Below are positions 26,737 through 41,048 of a stretch of DNA of 64,000 nt, piece by piece (position 1 is the stretch's first letter; the number at the start of each line of letters is the position of its first letter). A model generated the notes under the pieces. It saw only the letters and a list, made by a program, of their open reading frames with translations. It had not been told where the DNA came from and made no database searches. The translations under genes were made by a program, and so were the position numbers. The DNA is taken from the NCBI GenBank assembly GCA_000165425.1, contig CT868065.1, positions 1 through 64,000 on the forward strand. The letters are read 5' to 3'. This stretch comes from Paramecium tetraurelia. Taxonomy: Eukaryota.

Positions 26737-28425
26737 ATGATTAATAATTTCTCAGAATTCTTAAGAAGAGTCGATTAATTCGGAGCAAATTATAAACCAA
26801 GCTACGGTTATGGTGAAGTGTAATTCAAGACCTCTCTCGGAGGACTACTCTCAATTCTATTATACGGTGTCAGTTTAGCATATTTACTTTATGAATTGAT
26901 TTTGTGGAGATCAGGATAACTCTTACCAAAAGTGACATCTGTATCAACTGAAATAGAAACCTATTCCTTAAACTTTGATCAAGTAGTTATCGCTGAATTT
27001 TGTCTCAGAAGACATAAGAGTATTCTTGATTAAATAGATCCTTTCGAACCTGAAAACATGGTATTGCTTCCAATGCTATATAAAGTTGTGGAGGATGAAC
27101 TCTAAACACCGACACCTCTGTTATCTAAAAAAATGTCCCCGAAACATAATATGATTCTGATTGAAATCTAGAACATAGAACTAGTTAATAATGAGCATGA
27201 AGATCTTGATCAAAAAAACATTGAATATACAATTATGTTCGAGGAATGCGATCAAACTGTCCTACCAGAAGGGTGGAATTGTGCGAAGGAGGAGAGGGTT
27301 AAAGAGTTCTTCAGTTAAAAATAAAATCAGCTCTATATCAAGACTTTTGTGAATTAATATAACACCTCCACAAAATTGCTGGATTTGATTGAGTAGGATT
27401 ATTACGCTTCTTTCGATAATAAAACTACCTATTTTACTTAAATGTCGTTAGAGACCTCTAATGTTTCAGTTGACACCGGATTCTTATTCGAAAGTGTCCA
27501 AAAACATGAATTTCCAAGTCACATAACGTCATATACACAACAAATGGACTTAGACTACTTTACCCACACTTTTGGGAAGGATGTGTTCATTGTATTCGAA
27601 TTCGAGCTTGGAACACTGCAATAAACAACATTCATCGAATATCCAAAAGTATCAGAAGTCTTGGCGAACATTGGATCCATTATCTCCTTCTTTCTATTCT
27701 TTTCACAAGTGGCTTATCTGATAAACGAAAAGTCCCTTGAAGATAGAATAATTAGATCCGTAATAGAAATGTATTATCCTCAATTTAAGAATGTTAAGTT
27801 CATTTAAAATTGGTACACCAAAGTAGTTGGGGTAAAATATTAGGATAAGTCTATTCCATTTAAGAAGTTCATGCAAAAATATAAAGACTTGTCAGATATC
27901 GCCAGACAGAAACTGTGTCTCACTAATTTTCTATATGAGATCTCCAGATTGTAGTTTATTATGCGTTCCAATTATGACTCTGAAATTTTGAGCCAAAGTC
28001 ACACCATAGGAATTAAACTAAACATTCTGGAATCCTCCCCTGATCCTGAGGAGAAATCAGAGATCCAATAAATTAATAAAGTTCACGATTTTCACATAGA
28101 AAACGTAGATGATTAATCCCTTGAAGAAATAAGAGTACATCCTAATAACAATGTAAATTCAATTAAAATTCTTTAGAACAATTAAGTCACTCTAGATGTC
28201 AATGCGCAAAGTGTTCTGAATATTGAGTAACTTTAAAAACCTTAAACCCTATTCATCAGCAAATCGAATCTGTAATTTTCAAACACTTAAAATAATGACT
28301 AACTAAAATTAAATGATGAAGACTTTTACATCTTAATGTAAAATCAATAAGAAATAAAATTGGAGAACTCTAAATAGTAATCCACTATTTATCTTAATAA
28401 GATATAAGATTTGAATGGAAAATGA
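26737..28425 (+). CDS. Two-TM DEG/ENaC-topology ciliate family protein, copy 3 (tandem paralogue of copy 2)
   Basis: RVDQFGANYKP..FKTSLGGLLSILLYGVSLAYLLYELILW; EYPKVSEVLANIGSIISFFLFF; LNDEDF. 563 codons, intronless. Confidence 0.82.
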
Positions 28426-28456
28426 TCGATAATTTTTTGTATATAATATTATTACA

Positions 28457-30551
28457 TCAAAGACTCATTCGTTAATTAATTTGGCCACTCAATATTTGTA
28501 TCCAGCCCCCATATACTCCAACCTCCTTGCTTTGTGGAGCCTAACTTCGGAAGATCTAAGTATCCATAGTGCTATTTCGTTATGAGGATTTTATTTGACT
28601 TTAACCAAGATTGGCTCGAGAATTCAATCTAGTCTAATCATCTGCATTCACATTATTATATTTGATCATTGAAGAGTTATAAATACCAGATTGACCCATG
28701 AACTCTAATTTTTAGACGAATGTTTATAGCATTAATTTTGCTAAATATGATATAAATATTACGTTTTATTCTGATCATTGAGGTATTTACTTTTTTTTAT
28801 TCACACTGAGGACATTGTAGAAATTTTACGGAACAACAAACCCCAATTTTATGTTTTGTGCAATCAATCTCCTATCTTAAATTGTATTCTGAAAAGCTAG
28901 TAAAACACATTGTGCATTCACCCTATTCAAATTATTTAAAATCTTTCTAAATCTTTTATTCCTGAGTAGACTGGGAGACTTGATCATTTCCACTTTAAGA
29001 GTTAACAGATTTTTCATCTTGATCCACTTATTATAACTATTTATAATTAATAAATCTTGAAGGATATTGGATTACTTTATCAGGGATGATTTATTTTTCT
29101 TATTGTTATTTAAGAGCTTAAAATTCTTTCAGTTCTCTTTCTTCTCTTTCTTCTTTTTCTTACTAAAATAGTTCCTCATATTTCATCCTCTCCTCTAACT
29201 AGCTTAATTACTATTGTTCATAAAATGTATCAAAATCAACCCCATAAATATTGTCACAGGATGGACATGTAAAATTATAAGTATTTGGCTGTTTCTATAT
29301 CTGCATTTCAACATGTACATGAATGCACGGAAAACAAGTATAATGTTTACACCTTTTATCCTTGTATAATCTAGAAATTTGAGTTTCATTATTGCATTTA
29401 GTGCATTTCCCTAATTATTACTTCTGGGTTTGAACAACCTTCTATATTCTAGTTATATCGTCTTCTAGTTAAACTCTCTATTAAAATAGAAGATCATCTA
29501 TTATTATCTCACACCCTTCAACCACACACTTTTATCCTTTACTCGTAATTCGTTATTTAAAGCAATCTGTGCAAAATCTATGAGAGCATTACTTATTAAC
29601 AAAGAGCTCCTTTGATGAGGGTTGATAGCAATAATTACATTACTATTCTATTTATTCTATTGGTTTATTCTATTAAACGGGTTTTTAATTCTTATCTAAC
29701 ACTTCGGTAGTATAACCATAACCCTTTGATTTATCATTGGTAAATTATTAAGATTTCTATAAGTTAAGCTATTAGTCCTTTTGCTATCTTAATGCTTCGA
29801 TCTTGAGTTCTTCATTTAAATATGATTCAGCATCCTTGATGAGTATTTTTTCCTTGCAACTACAACTACATTATACAACCTAATTATTCGAATTGGGGTT
29901 TCCCTTTTTTATTTTTTCAACAAGGCACTTTCGGCAGTTTATGTGTAGACAATTAGAATTAATAAAATAGTTGTCAAATTTTTTATAACATATGTTACAT
30001 GGCTAACCTGCTTGTATTATATATTAGATCAAAGGACTTGTCTATTTAATTAAATAATAACCATCCGTTTGCAGAAGTAGAAATATTTTTTACTTGCTAG
30101 TATAGCCCAATTATTATTGTCCAAGTAGGTTTACTGAAATTGAAAATAATCTTGCGATGCTTTCAATCGTTATTTTATTATTAGTAACAGAGACTCTTAA
30201 TTCTTACAGTTCGCAAAATTCTTCTAAAAGTTATTGTCCCTTTTAATTGTTGATGTCAATATTTTTAAGAAAAATGAAAAATTCTTTCATACTTATATTT
30301 CCAATTCTTAGGTTATATATTTATTAAGCTATTTTTAGATTGTCTCCTTTTGTATAGATTCTCTTGGGTTTAGCCAATGTTTCCATCGACTATGATTTGT
30401 TTTATGCAATAAAGTAATCTAACAATGCTATGAAAAATGCGGATAATAGGTTTTTCCCTAGGTATTGCAATTATGAATATGGTTGTAGTTCATAAAATTA
30501 TCGTTTAGCAGCAGGTGGAATAAACCCTACTTCATATATTCCAAGCTTCAT
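28457..30551 (-). CDS. Multi-RING finger protein (four RING-like domains)
   Basis: CNIC..CLHINCRKC; CYYC..CSHRFCTDC; CTKC..CKHYTCFPC..CPSC; CTMC..CTKH..CC..CPQC. 22-nt intron at 28741-28762. 691 codons. Confidence 0.8.
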
Positions 30552-30942
30552 TTAATATTATAAATAACATTATATAATATAATTAATTTTATTGTGATAT
30601 TTCATCATAATTGAGCAGAATTAGAAAAAAGCTTCCAGAGAGTAAAGCATCGTGTGTTATACCCAAGATCCAGGGATGAACAAGTGAAAATTGCAATTTT
30701 TAGAAGAATTTCTACTTTTTGGAAATAATTGTTTAAAATTCTGAAAAAAAGGATTAAGGGACTGCATTTAAAGGATGTTGATTGATTTAGTGATTTAGTT
30801 TAGATGTCATCTATTTGTTTTATAAAATAATATATAGAAATTTCTGAATTCTGAATTGATAGGAGTAGGTGATTCATGAGTGGGTTGAGAATATTTATGA
30901 AGACAAGTGTATTTGATCAGGAAAGATAAATAAATATAATTT

Positions 30943-32095
30943 ATGGCAACTAAGGAACACAGTCTTTATAAATTAGTAAGCAAAGATTAGGCTGAAGCAT
31001 TTGCATGGTCTTTTGAGGGTCCAAATACAGAGGCTGTCCTCTATCCATTCCAATTCCCTCCCATCAGACCAGATGAAGTCAGAATTCAATAGACATATTT
31101 TGGTTTATGCTACACAGATTGTAAAATTGTGTGATTGATAATTTAGGTCATCTTGTTAATTAAGATTGGTTCCCAATTAGTTATCCAAGTGTTCCTGGAC
31201 ATGAAATCTTGGGCCACATCGTATAAAAAGGAGACCAAGTCACTCAATTCTAAATTGGTGACCTAGTTGGAGCAGGATTCATCAGAGATAGTTGTGGAAA
31301 ATGCAAATAATGTATAGTAGGAAACGATTAATTGTGTGGATAAGTTGGAAATGAGCATTTGATTCCAATCCCCAAGTTTGGTGGATTTGCTACTCATGTC
31401 TAATTGCCAGCTAAATGGACATTCCCAATTCCCAACACAATTCCTCAACATCTTGCACCTCCTCTTTTATGCGCAGGAATTACAGTCTATGCCCCACTTA
31501 AGAGACACTTTGGAGCCAACAAGAAAGTTGGTATCCTCGGTATCGGTGGTCTTGGACATTTAGCAATCAAAATCTCTGCTGCTTTGGGCATGCAAACAAC
31601 AGCTATTTCTACATCAGCAGACAAGGAAGAAGAAGCAAGATCCTATGGTGCCACTGATTTCATTTGCACCAAGAATCAAGAATAGATGGGAAAGGCAAAT
31701 GGAACTTTTGATATGATTTTGAGTTGTGCTAGTGCTAATACAGTTGATGAATTCGTTGCTTACACAAACCTAATCAAGAGCGGAGGTGATTTCGTCATGG
31801 TTGGTATCCCAGCACTCACAAAGGTTGAACTCTAATTACCATTTTACGCTTTGGTTGTAAGATAAATTTCCTTCGTTGGATCCCTTGTTGGATCAAGACA
31901 AGTATATTTTAATATTAAGACCCTTAGGAAAACTACGAAATGCTTGAGTTTGCCAATAAGCACAAGATTTACCCTACTTGCGAGTAATTCGAGTTTGAAA
32001 ACTTCAAAGGTGCCTATGATAAATTGTTAAATGGAAAACCCAAATATAGATGCGTTGTCAAAGTTGGTAATGCTCCAGAAACACTCAAGTAATGA
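30943..32095 (+). CDS. Zn-dependent alcohol dehydrogenase (cinnamyl-alcohol dehydrogenase-type MDR)
   Basis: GLCYTD, PGHEILG, CGKCKQC..C, APPLLCAGITVYAPL, GIGGLGH. Introns 31121-31146 and 31902-31927. 367 codons. Confidence 0.93.
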
Positions 32096-32204
32096 GAGTA
32101 TTATATATAAAGAATCAATTTAAATTGTTATATTTCTCTTTTTTCATGTAGATATTATTTTTTATATATATTTATAATATAAGACTTACAAATATAGTAA
32201 ATAA

Positions 32205-35200
32205 TCAATTACTCTTATTATTTCTTAAACAACAACTCATGTTCTTTAATGAAATCAGTCGCCCTTTCATATCAATAAAAAACTATTTGAACAGAAAGAT
32301 CAACTAAACTAATATCGAGCTCACAATAAAAAATAATATTATCCATCCTATGAAATACTTTTGATCAAACGAGAATATAATGCTTACATCATGAATAGCC
32401 AGTAACACTGTTATAAGGACGATTATGAAAATACAAAAGTCAGGCACTGCTATTTGTACAAGTATGCTTTTATTGACAAATGGATTCTAATAGAGAATCA
32501 ATGCCAAATTTAAGAAACATGTTAAACAACACAATGATGTTTACAACAAAGGCACTTCATAAAAGTACACTGTGAAAAATATAAACAAGGCTTTCCTCAT
32601 TAAATTCACATAACAATAATTCCTAGATAGTCTCTATTTAGTATTGATTCCTTCATACAATGAGCAGTAATATTTTGAAAAGACTTTACTCTCATACAAA
32701 ATCCTATGTTGAGAACAAACAAAAGAGTATAATCTAAACACCACATAAATAAAAATAATTCCTACCACAGATAAGAAAATATTCAATTAGATAATAGCAT
32801 ACTCTTTATTACACTTATTTTTTAATTAAAGAACACAAGCCAAACAAATATCCAGAAATACTAATCCAACAATTTAAAGTAATTTAGCTCTAAAATTGTA
32901 TTTAAAATCTTGGGTTTCTTTATAAATTGCTTTTATTATTGAAGGCATTTCCTTGTTTTTTATTTCTATTGTTTCAGTTGCCAGTTATTGTGGGGTGATT
33001 TGATAAATACTTCTGTGTCCTGGATTGACTGCAAAAATTGAAATTTTATGTTTTTTTCTAAAATTTGGTTCATAATGAGTCTTAATGATTGACACAACTC
33101 CGCTTGCACAAATATATGCAAAAATTGCTAATAAAAATAATCCAAAAAATAATTAGAGATTATTTAAAAATAATGGATTGACATCTTTTTCAGTAAATTT
33201 AGGAGGAGCTTAAAAATAATAAGGATCATCTGGCGAATTCAATGAAATAATATCAGGAATATTAAACACATCACCCCATTGAAGTTTATTGAAAAACAAC
33301 TTTACATTCAAAGGGTAATCCACATTCAGAAAATAAAAGTTGTTAATCCAAGTCAAAATATCTAAGATAGTCCAAAAGAAATTAAATCCTCCTAAAAGAA
33401 TAGCTAACGGTCCAATTAATTAAAGAAGGAAAGTGAAGGTAGAGGAAGTTGCAACAATAGTTTAGGCTTGAGCCTTTTAAGCTTCATTATAATACACCAA
33501 TCTTCTTGGAGTGATAACAACTTCTCTAACATCTTCTTCAAGGATTCTGGTGGCATTTTCCTATAAGGGAACTGTCAAATGAATAAGATTAGATTCCAAA
33601 ATGGTCTTAAAGAACTTAAATGTTATTTGACAACTCTAACCCATCAACTTTTAAACTTCCTTTTATGTAATATTAAATTAGTATTCTTTTATTTTGAAAT
33701 CTTCTATCCAAACTTTTACCTTGTTGCATACATCTTTTATATAAATATCCTCTAAAGTTAAATCAATATCGTTGGTAGTAGTTGAGTTTGAATAAGTCAA
33801 AATAACTTATTTCTTGGGTGGTAATATGCATACGCCATCTTTACAAAGGAACTCCTTTTCAATTTCACATTTGGAATTGCATCCGTCTTTATCTGTTTGA
33901 TTTCCGTCATCGCATTACTCTTGACCAGCTATGATGTTGTCTCCGCATTTAGTAACACAAGATTTTAGTTGTTTATCTAAATAAAGCCCAGATACATTAT
34001 CACATTTTTTGCATCCCTCTGTGATGCATTTTGTGCAATTATTTGGAGTATTTTCACATTCCTCACACTTTTCTGAGCATAAATTACATGAATTATCTTT
34101 AAGAAAATACCCACCCTTACATTTTATACACTCTACTTTGTTGATATTTAATTTACAATCCTCACAATTTTCTTAACATTTGTAACAATAACTTAATAGT
34201 GTCGCATCTTCCTCACAAATATAAAAAGGATCAGGTTTACAAGAAGTGCAACCATCTCTTGCTATATCATTATAATCATCACATAATTCTTAACCAATTT
34301 TAATACCATCTCCACATTTTGTTTCACATTTCTGTCCATTTAAATAATAACCAACTTAACATTCAAAACATTCTCCCTTCTAACAATTTGAACACAAGTT
34401 ATCGCATTAATATTTACATTCATAACATCCATCATATTGGATACTATTTTAATCTTCACATTACTCACTACCTACTACTATGCCATCTCCACATTTAGTC
34501 ACACAATCATTCAAAAAATTATCATAATATAAACCTGCTAATCCTTCACATTATTTTAATTCCTCACAACTTCCCTTTGATTCTACCAAGATCAGGGAAG
34601 TTTCACATTCTAAGCATTTTCCAAACTAACAATTTAAGCACTCCATTTGACATTGAAATTTACACTAAAAACAACCATCATATCTAAATTCATTTCCATC
34701 ATCGCAGACCTCATCTAAAGCTACTATCTAATCTCCACAAACAGAATTACACGAATTACTCACAATATCCAAATAGAATCCTTCCTAGCAAAGTACACAT
34801 ACTCCAAAAGCGCACTATTTACAATGTTGAGGACATTATAACCTGCAATTTAAACAAGAATCAAATAAGTATTGAATTCCGTCATCACACTCTTCTTCTT
34901 AAACTTATATGCCGTCTCCGCATTTAGGAACACAGTTATTCCCATAATATCCCTATTCGCATTCTATACACTTCTGTAGTAAACAATTTTTACAATTACT
35001 AGTGCACTTGTTCAAATTGTAATCTAATGTGCAAATATTAGGAGATAACTTAAGATTATATTAACAAAAAGCAAAAGGAATAGTGTTTAATTAACTTTTC
35101 TATTCAACTTGCTCAAAGTATACTTAATTTTCACATTTGACACAAGTATTGTCAATATAAATTTGGAAGGTATCAATTAAGGTAGAAGTAATTTTTAGAG

Positions 35201-38200
35201 ATTTAATACATTAGATTTGATTGAAGGATAAGTCATATCCTTTTGTGCATTGTTAACAAATACCGAATTGGCAAAGCTAACAATTAATATCGCAAGTAAA
35301 TTAGCAAGATATACAATTGTTTTGAACCACTTAGGTGTTTAAAATTTCACATTATTCATCATTTCTCAATAAAGCGTCTCCACAGATTGGATGACATGTA
35401 AATAATATTAATTCATAACCATCTAAACAATCATAACAGAGTCCTGAAATGCAATTAAGACATGAATCCTGACAATTGAATTAACAGAAATGACATCCAT
35501 CTCCTAATATAAAATTACCATCATCACATTATTCATCATCTGTAACTATCCCATCGCCACAAATTGAATAACAAAAATTATCAATTCTATCGTAACCTAA
35601 TTGACAAGCGAGGCAGCCTTTTCCATTAGTATCACAATCTATACAAGAAGGTTAGCACTTTAAAAGACAGATTTTATTGGAAGAGAGAGTATATTAAGAA
35701 GCACAAATTTCACATCTGTTGTTAACACAAGTAGGACAAATAGATGATGGTTAACATTAAAATTAGCACCAACTACTGCAACCATCTTAATCAGTTGTAT
35801 TACCGTCATCACATTATTCATAATAGTATCCATAAGGATCTGTGACGACTAAACCATCTCCACAAATATTTGTGCAAAAATAATAATATGGAGCAAACCC
35901 AGGGAATTCACAACTTAAACAAGTATTTGTGTTGTAATCACAAGATGAACAACCAATTCTACAATGATACTTACAATCTTTGCATCCATCTGCATCAGAA
36001 GTATTTGCATCATCGCATTATTCAATTCCAACAATTAGATTATCTCCACATCTTTCTTTACATTACCAAGGAGTGACAGTAGGATCAATAAACCATCCTA
36101 CAGTACCACATTCTTAACATTCTCCTTTTATACACTTAGTGCATTAAGGTTAACATTAAAATTTACAATCATAACATCCATCATATTAAATAGTATTGCC
36201 ATCTTCGCATTCTTCAATTCCAGTTATATATCCATCACCACAAATGTCTGGACATGGTAAATTAGTAAATAAATTACAAGTTAAACAATGAGCTGGACAT
36301 TGATATTAACAATTATAACATTTGTCATCAAAAACATTATTATTATCTTCACATTATTCATAACCTTTTATTTATGAATCTCCACAAATAGGTTAACATT
36401 CTCCATATTGTAATTGGAATCCTCCATCACAAGAACTACATATAGTTGTATGCCATATCTATTAATTATTATTACATAATTTATAACATTAAGTTAATGA
36501 ATTATCTTCTGTAATTGGACAATCTATAATAAATATAAATATTTGAAATACTTGTACAAGTATCATTATCTTCATAATAACCAGGTTTACATTCACATTT
36601 TAATCCTTTTAATATTCTATTTAAAGATAGATTACATGTTAAACAACCATTAATAGCAGAACTAAAACATGATTAACAGGATGAATGACAATTAGAACAA
36701 GTTTATGTTGAATCTTAATAATATGATCTAATTGGACATTTACATGCTGTTCCTATATTTTGTTTAATATTATTGCAAGTTAAACAGTCATTAGAAGTTG
36801 GTCCAGTACAAGTCTTACAAAATTGATGACATAAAAGACATTAAGGATTTGATATGATTGGATAATATCCATCTATACAAATACATTACCCATTTTATAA
36901 TTATCTATTATTACTAATTAAACATTCTATACAATAAGTTTAACTTAAACATTAATTACATTCAATTGGACAATCATAGCATTGATTTGATTATTCATAT
37001 TAATTCTATTTACAAGTGCATCCTAATTTACTTAAAGTATAAGTAGATGAACAACTTAAACAATCTAATTGAGATGTACAACTTAAACAAGGCATTGGAC
37101 ATTGTATACATCTAACTTATTCTTTATCATAAAATTAGTTAATATCACATTCTGCTTATGAAAATTTGACAACAGCCGAATTATATGTACTATTCCATTA
37201 TGTACATGTATTTTAATCTGAACATTATAAGCAATAAGGTTTGCATTTATGAACAGCTATATAATAATTATAGAATCCACAATAGGCATTAATTGGTTCA
37301 TTATTGGGTCCATAGCATTCCCATTAAATTGTTAAAGTATTTATATTGTGAGAAATTCTTTCATATACTTTATCATATTTTGAACCATCAGAATAGTATG
37401 ATGATAAATTAGAGGATGATTTATAAACTGAATTGTTTTCAATTGTATATATGAACTATCCATCATTAGGGAATGTTGGACCATAAAGGATATAAAATGC
37501 AATAGTGAGACTATGATGAGGATCAAGTATGTTATGAACTCTTTTGAATTTAGCCTAGGCCCAAACAAAAGGGCCTCCAAAGACTCGATATGATTACCAA
37601 TATGAATAATAAATATCTAATCCCTTTAAAAAATTTTTTCCATTTTGGCAAATTAAAGTATATTAAGAATATTATTCAGGATCATTTGCAGTGTTTATAT
37701 ATTCTTAAACTAAAAACATAGAGTCTAAATTTATCTTGGTATATATTTACATGGTGTTTCATCATCATAATCTTAACAATAAGAACCATTTAATTGTTGG
37801 TTTGGGTTTTAACATCTACGAATGCAACTACCATCTCTATAATTAAAATACCCAGGATTACAAGTCTTACATTTAAATGATACTTCACACAATTAACAAT
37901 ATAAAGGACAATATCCAGAAGTAATTTAGACTGAATATATTCCCCATCCTGCATTATCATTCCTAGAGTATTTAAATAGAAATTTACGTAAAGTTCCCTA
38001 CTGCTGAAAATATAAATGGGTATTTAGGAATGTCTAGATATGTAATTAATTCATATTTTATGGCTGAGGTATAACTCATATATGGGCCATAGGAAGTAGT
38101 ATCAAAGAGATTTAATTTATGCATTTATATGCCAGACGTATTTCTATAAATTGATCCAAAATAAGTCTAATTAATCTTAAATTATATTCCACATTCAATT

Positions 38201-39205
38201 GGAATCTCATTGAATGCAATAATTGAAATTTTTATTCCAATTAACTAAGTGTCATATTAATAATAAGCAATTTGATTAAAAAATCTACATAGACCAGAAT
38301 TAAATTTAAATACTCCATAAACATATTCATTAAATGCTAAGATTGTTGGAGATGTATCCATATGTTTTGGGTCATATAACAATGACCATTTGAAATTTTC
38401 GAATGAAGTAACATGATAAATATTTACTTATTCAAAAGTATAAACTATCATATTTAATTACATATTTACTTTGATAATTCTAACATATTCCATTAGAAAA
38501 CAATGGAGACTAAATGTCACAAGTATTTTTGCAACCATTATATTATTTAAAATATAAATTTGATGGGCAAGGCGGACAAATATTATTTGTAGGAACTCCA
38601 TAATAACATCCTGTGCATTAATTGAAGTTGGGTCCTGTGCAAGACATGCATGTAGGATGGCATGTTAGAGATGATATATAAAAGTTTTTAATTGAAACTT
38701 ATCCTTGAGTTTCGTTTGAGACTGATAATAGGGGTTATCCATAACTTTAGCTTGCCATTTCAATTGTAAAATTGATAGTTCTTATGTCAGCAGTAATGTT
38801 GTCACAAAATTAGCTGGTTAATGGATTACTTGAAGGCAAGGTATATGTATAATTATACACAAATGATCCTAAAACAAGCGTAACATTATCATTTGACCAT
38901 GTACCTTGAAAATATAAGTCTACCGATACAAAATACCCATTCATAAAAGAAAAGCCATATATTTGTTTTGCTGATTAATTTACTTTATTTAGAGTAATGT
39001 AACTTGTTGGAGGGGCTGTACAAGTAATAAAATTAGCAGTTGTAGAACCTGATTCTGAAACAAAGTAACCTGAATATAAGTAAGCATAAGATTCATTATT
39101 ATAGGTGAAAATCTGATTTTAGGTTAAGTAGCTATATCTTGTTAGCCATTATGAATTTGTTAGTTAGATCAAACATACAACGGTGAGTTTGATTAATGAT
39201 TTCAT
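32205..39205 (-). CDS. Giant Cys-rich surface receptor-like protein (signal peptide, furin-like and CGDG/CDDGN DUF4215-type repeats, C-terminal multi-TM), copy A
   Basis: 2299 codons after introns 38445-38469, 37963-37987, 37725-37750 and 36524-36551. Many CGDG..EQCDDGN..DGC units. TM region with FLNVDYPLN. Confidence 0.85.
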
Positions 39206-39729
39206 TAATTAAAATATAAGATTATCTCAAATAATCTATGAGATTATATTTAACAAATATATATTATAATCTATGAGTTTTCTATTAAGCAATAATTATT
39301 TATAGTCCCTTTTCACCTGTATAAATTTTTAAATAAATTATATATTTAAAAAGATATTAATAAAAATAAAAAGCATACCTTCTGAAATTGAAATGGGATT
39401 TGTTACAAATGTTATCAAATTGAACAATAATGCAGCACATGGAATAATATAATTATAGAATTTGATGCAATTTAGGAGATTAAATTGAAATGAAATGAAA
39501 ATTAAGAATTAAAATGAGCGGCAATTTGATTGCATGAGTGGCTGGCATTTCTATATGAGATTTTGGATTTCTATTGAAATGTTGTGTCTCGATTTGCAAT
39601 ACCTTGAATGTGTGCTAAGGTTTATGAAAAAACCCAAAACCATTCTTGAGAATATATAAAACGTGATTAAATTAAATTCTAATATCTGAATCAGATATAT
39701 AAATCTTAATTAAATTTAAAAAATATTTT

Positions 39730-40651
39730 ATGGATCGTCTTAACCCATCTTCGAAAGATTGTATAGTTCCACTAATTGAAGAAAATTCCCCCTGTATTTG
39801 TAATAAATAATATTTATAAATAGAAACAAACAAACCAGAGATTGATCCCCACTTTTTATTACCACAATTTACACAAATGATGTAAAACCCAGATTTCTTT
39901 CTGTAAACTGTTTAATTAGAGTAACTTAAACAGATGTAATCCTCATTCTATTCACAAATGAATAATATCCCTCTCATTACGGAAGAACCTAGAGTAATGG
40001 ATTTATTTACATAATAACTTTTATAACAATAGCTTATTTTAAATGCGGCATTATTAAACCAATTCCAAGTAAGTTGAATACTAATTAGGGTGTTGAAAAT
40101 ATTAATTATAGTCAAACCAAAGATCTCGTGGATAATAAAATAAAAAGAAAACACATCAAAAAATCTCACAATCCTTCTTTTAATAATGGTACTGTCCTCT
40201 ATTCTATTTAAGGTCATTGGAGCGCACAGGAACATTAAGTCTATCTAACATTTTTGTAATAACATAAAGATGTGATGGAAAGCTCTGAGTTAAAGAAGAC
40301 CAATAAGATATTTAAACTTATGTCCGACATAATTAAGTCTAGATCTCCTTCCCAATGCCGTTCTCATCATTAAAAATTCAATCCCTATTCCAAATACTTA
40401 GTTAATGTAATTTGTATTTGATAAATTAGAATAATATTGTTCGTAGAAAAATGAAGGAACAAATGTTGGGTGATGCTCAATAACAAAAACAATCAAAATT
40501 AGAGAATGACAATATTCAACAATAGTCCCAAGATTCAAATTAGAAGATTGAATTCTAATAGTAAGATTCTAATTAAAAATTGGAATCTTAATAATAATTA
40601 TTGGAATCGAACGTGAGAGATGATCAATAATAACTGAGCGGTTAAGAATGA
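39730..40651 (+). CDS. Single-repeat Myb (SHAQKY-like) transcription factor
   Basis: GHWSAQEHQVYL..IFKLMSDIIKSRSPSQCRSHHQKF with Q-rich flanks. Introns 39794-39823 (tentative), 40069-40088, 40189-40212 and about 40407-40429. Confidence 0.85.
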
Positions 40652-41048
40652 TTGTTTTAACTCTAAGATAATATCAAAAGAAACATTTTATTAAATATAA
40701 ATTATTTTATAAAAATATTCTAAGTAGCTCTATCTAGCAGCATTAAAATAAAGTACTAAAAAATGATAACTAATTTATTATGCCTATAAAAGTATTAGAT
40801 CTTTATTGATTATGTAGAGTTAAAGATTGATTGGGACTTCATTGAGAGAAGTGAAGTGGAACTAAAATTATTTAGTGAATCCAACAATATAAATATATAA
40901 TATGAAAGAATTTTGAGAACTTAAATTATATTTTATTCTTGCGTCACTCTTTTTTCTTAAGTTAAGGTCTTAACAAGAGGGAACTTTAGATTTATTTGAG
41001 CTAGTTTGGTTCGATTATAATAGGAAATGTTTTTATTTTTATGAAATT

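Noticed and set aside
33800..36500. Regularly spaced tctccaca/ccatc repeats suggesting a CRISPR-like or satellite array
   Set aside because: They are the coding CGDG/CDDGN protein repeats.
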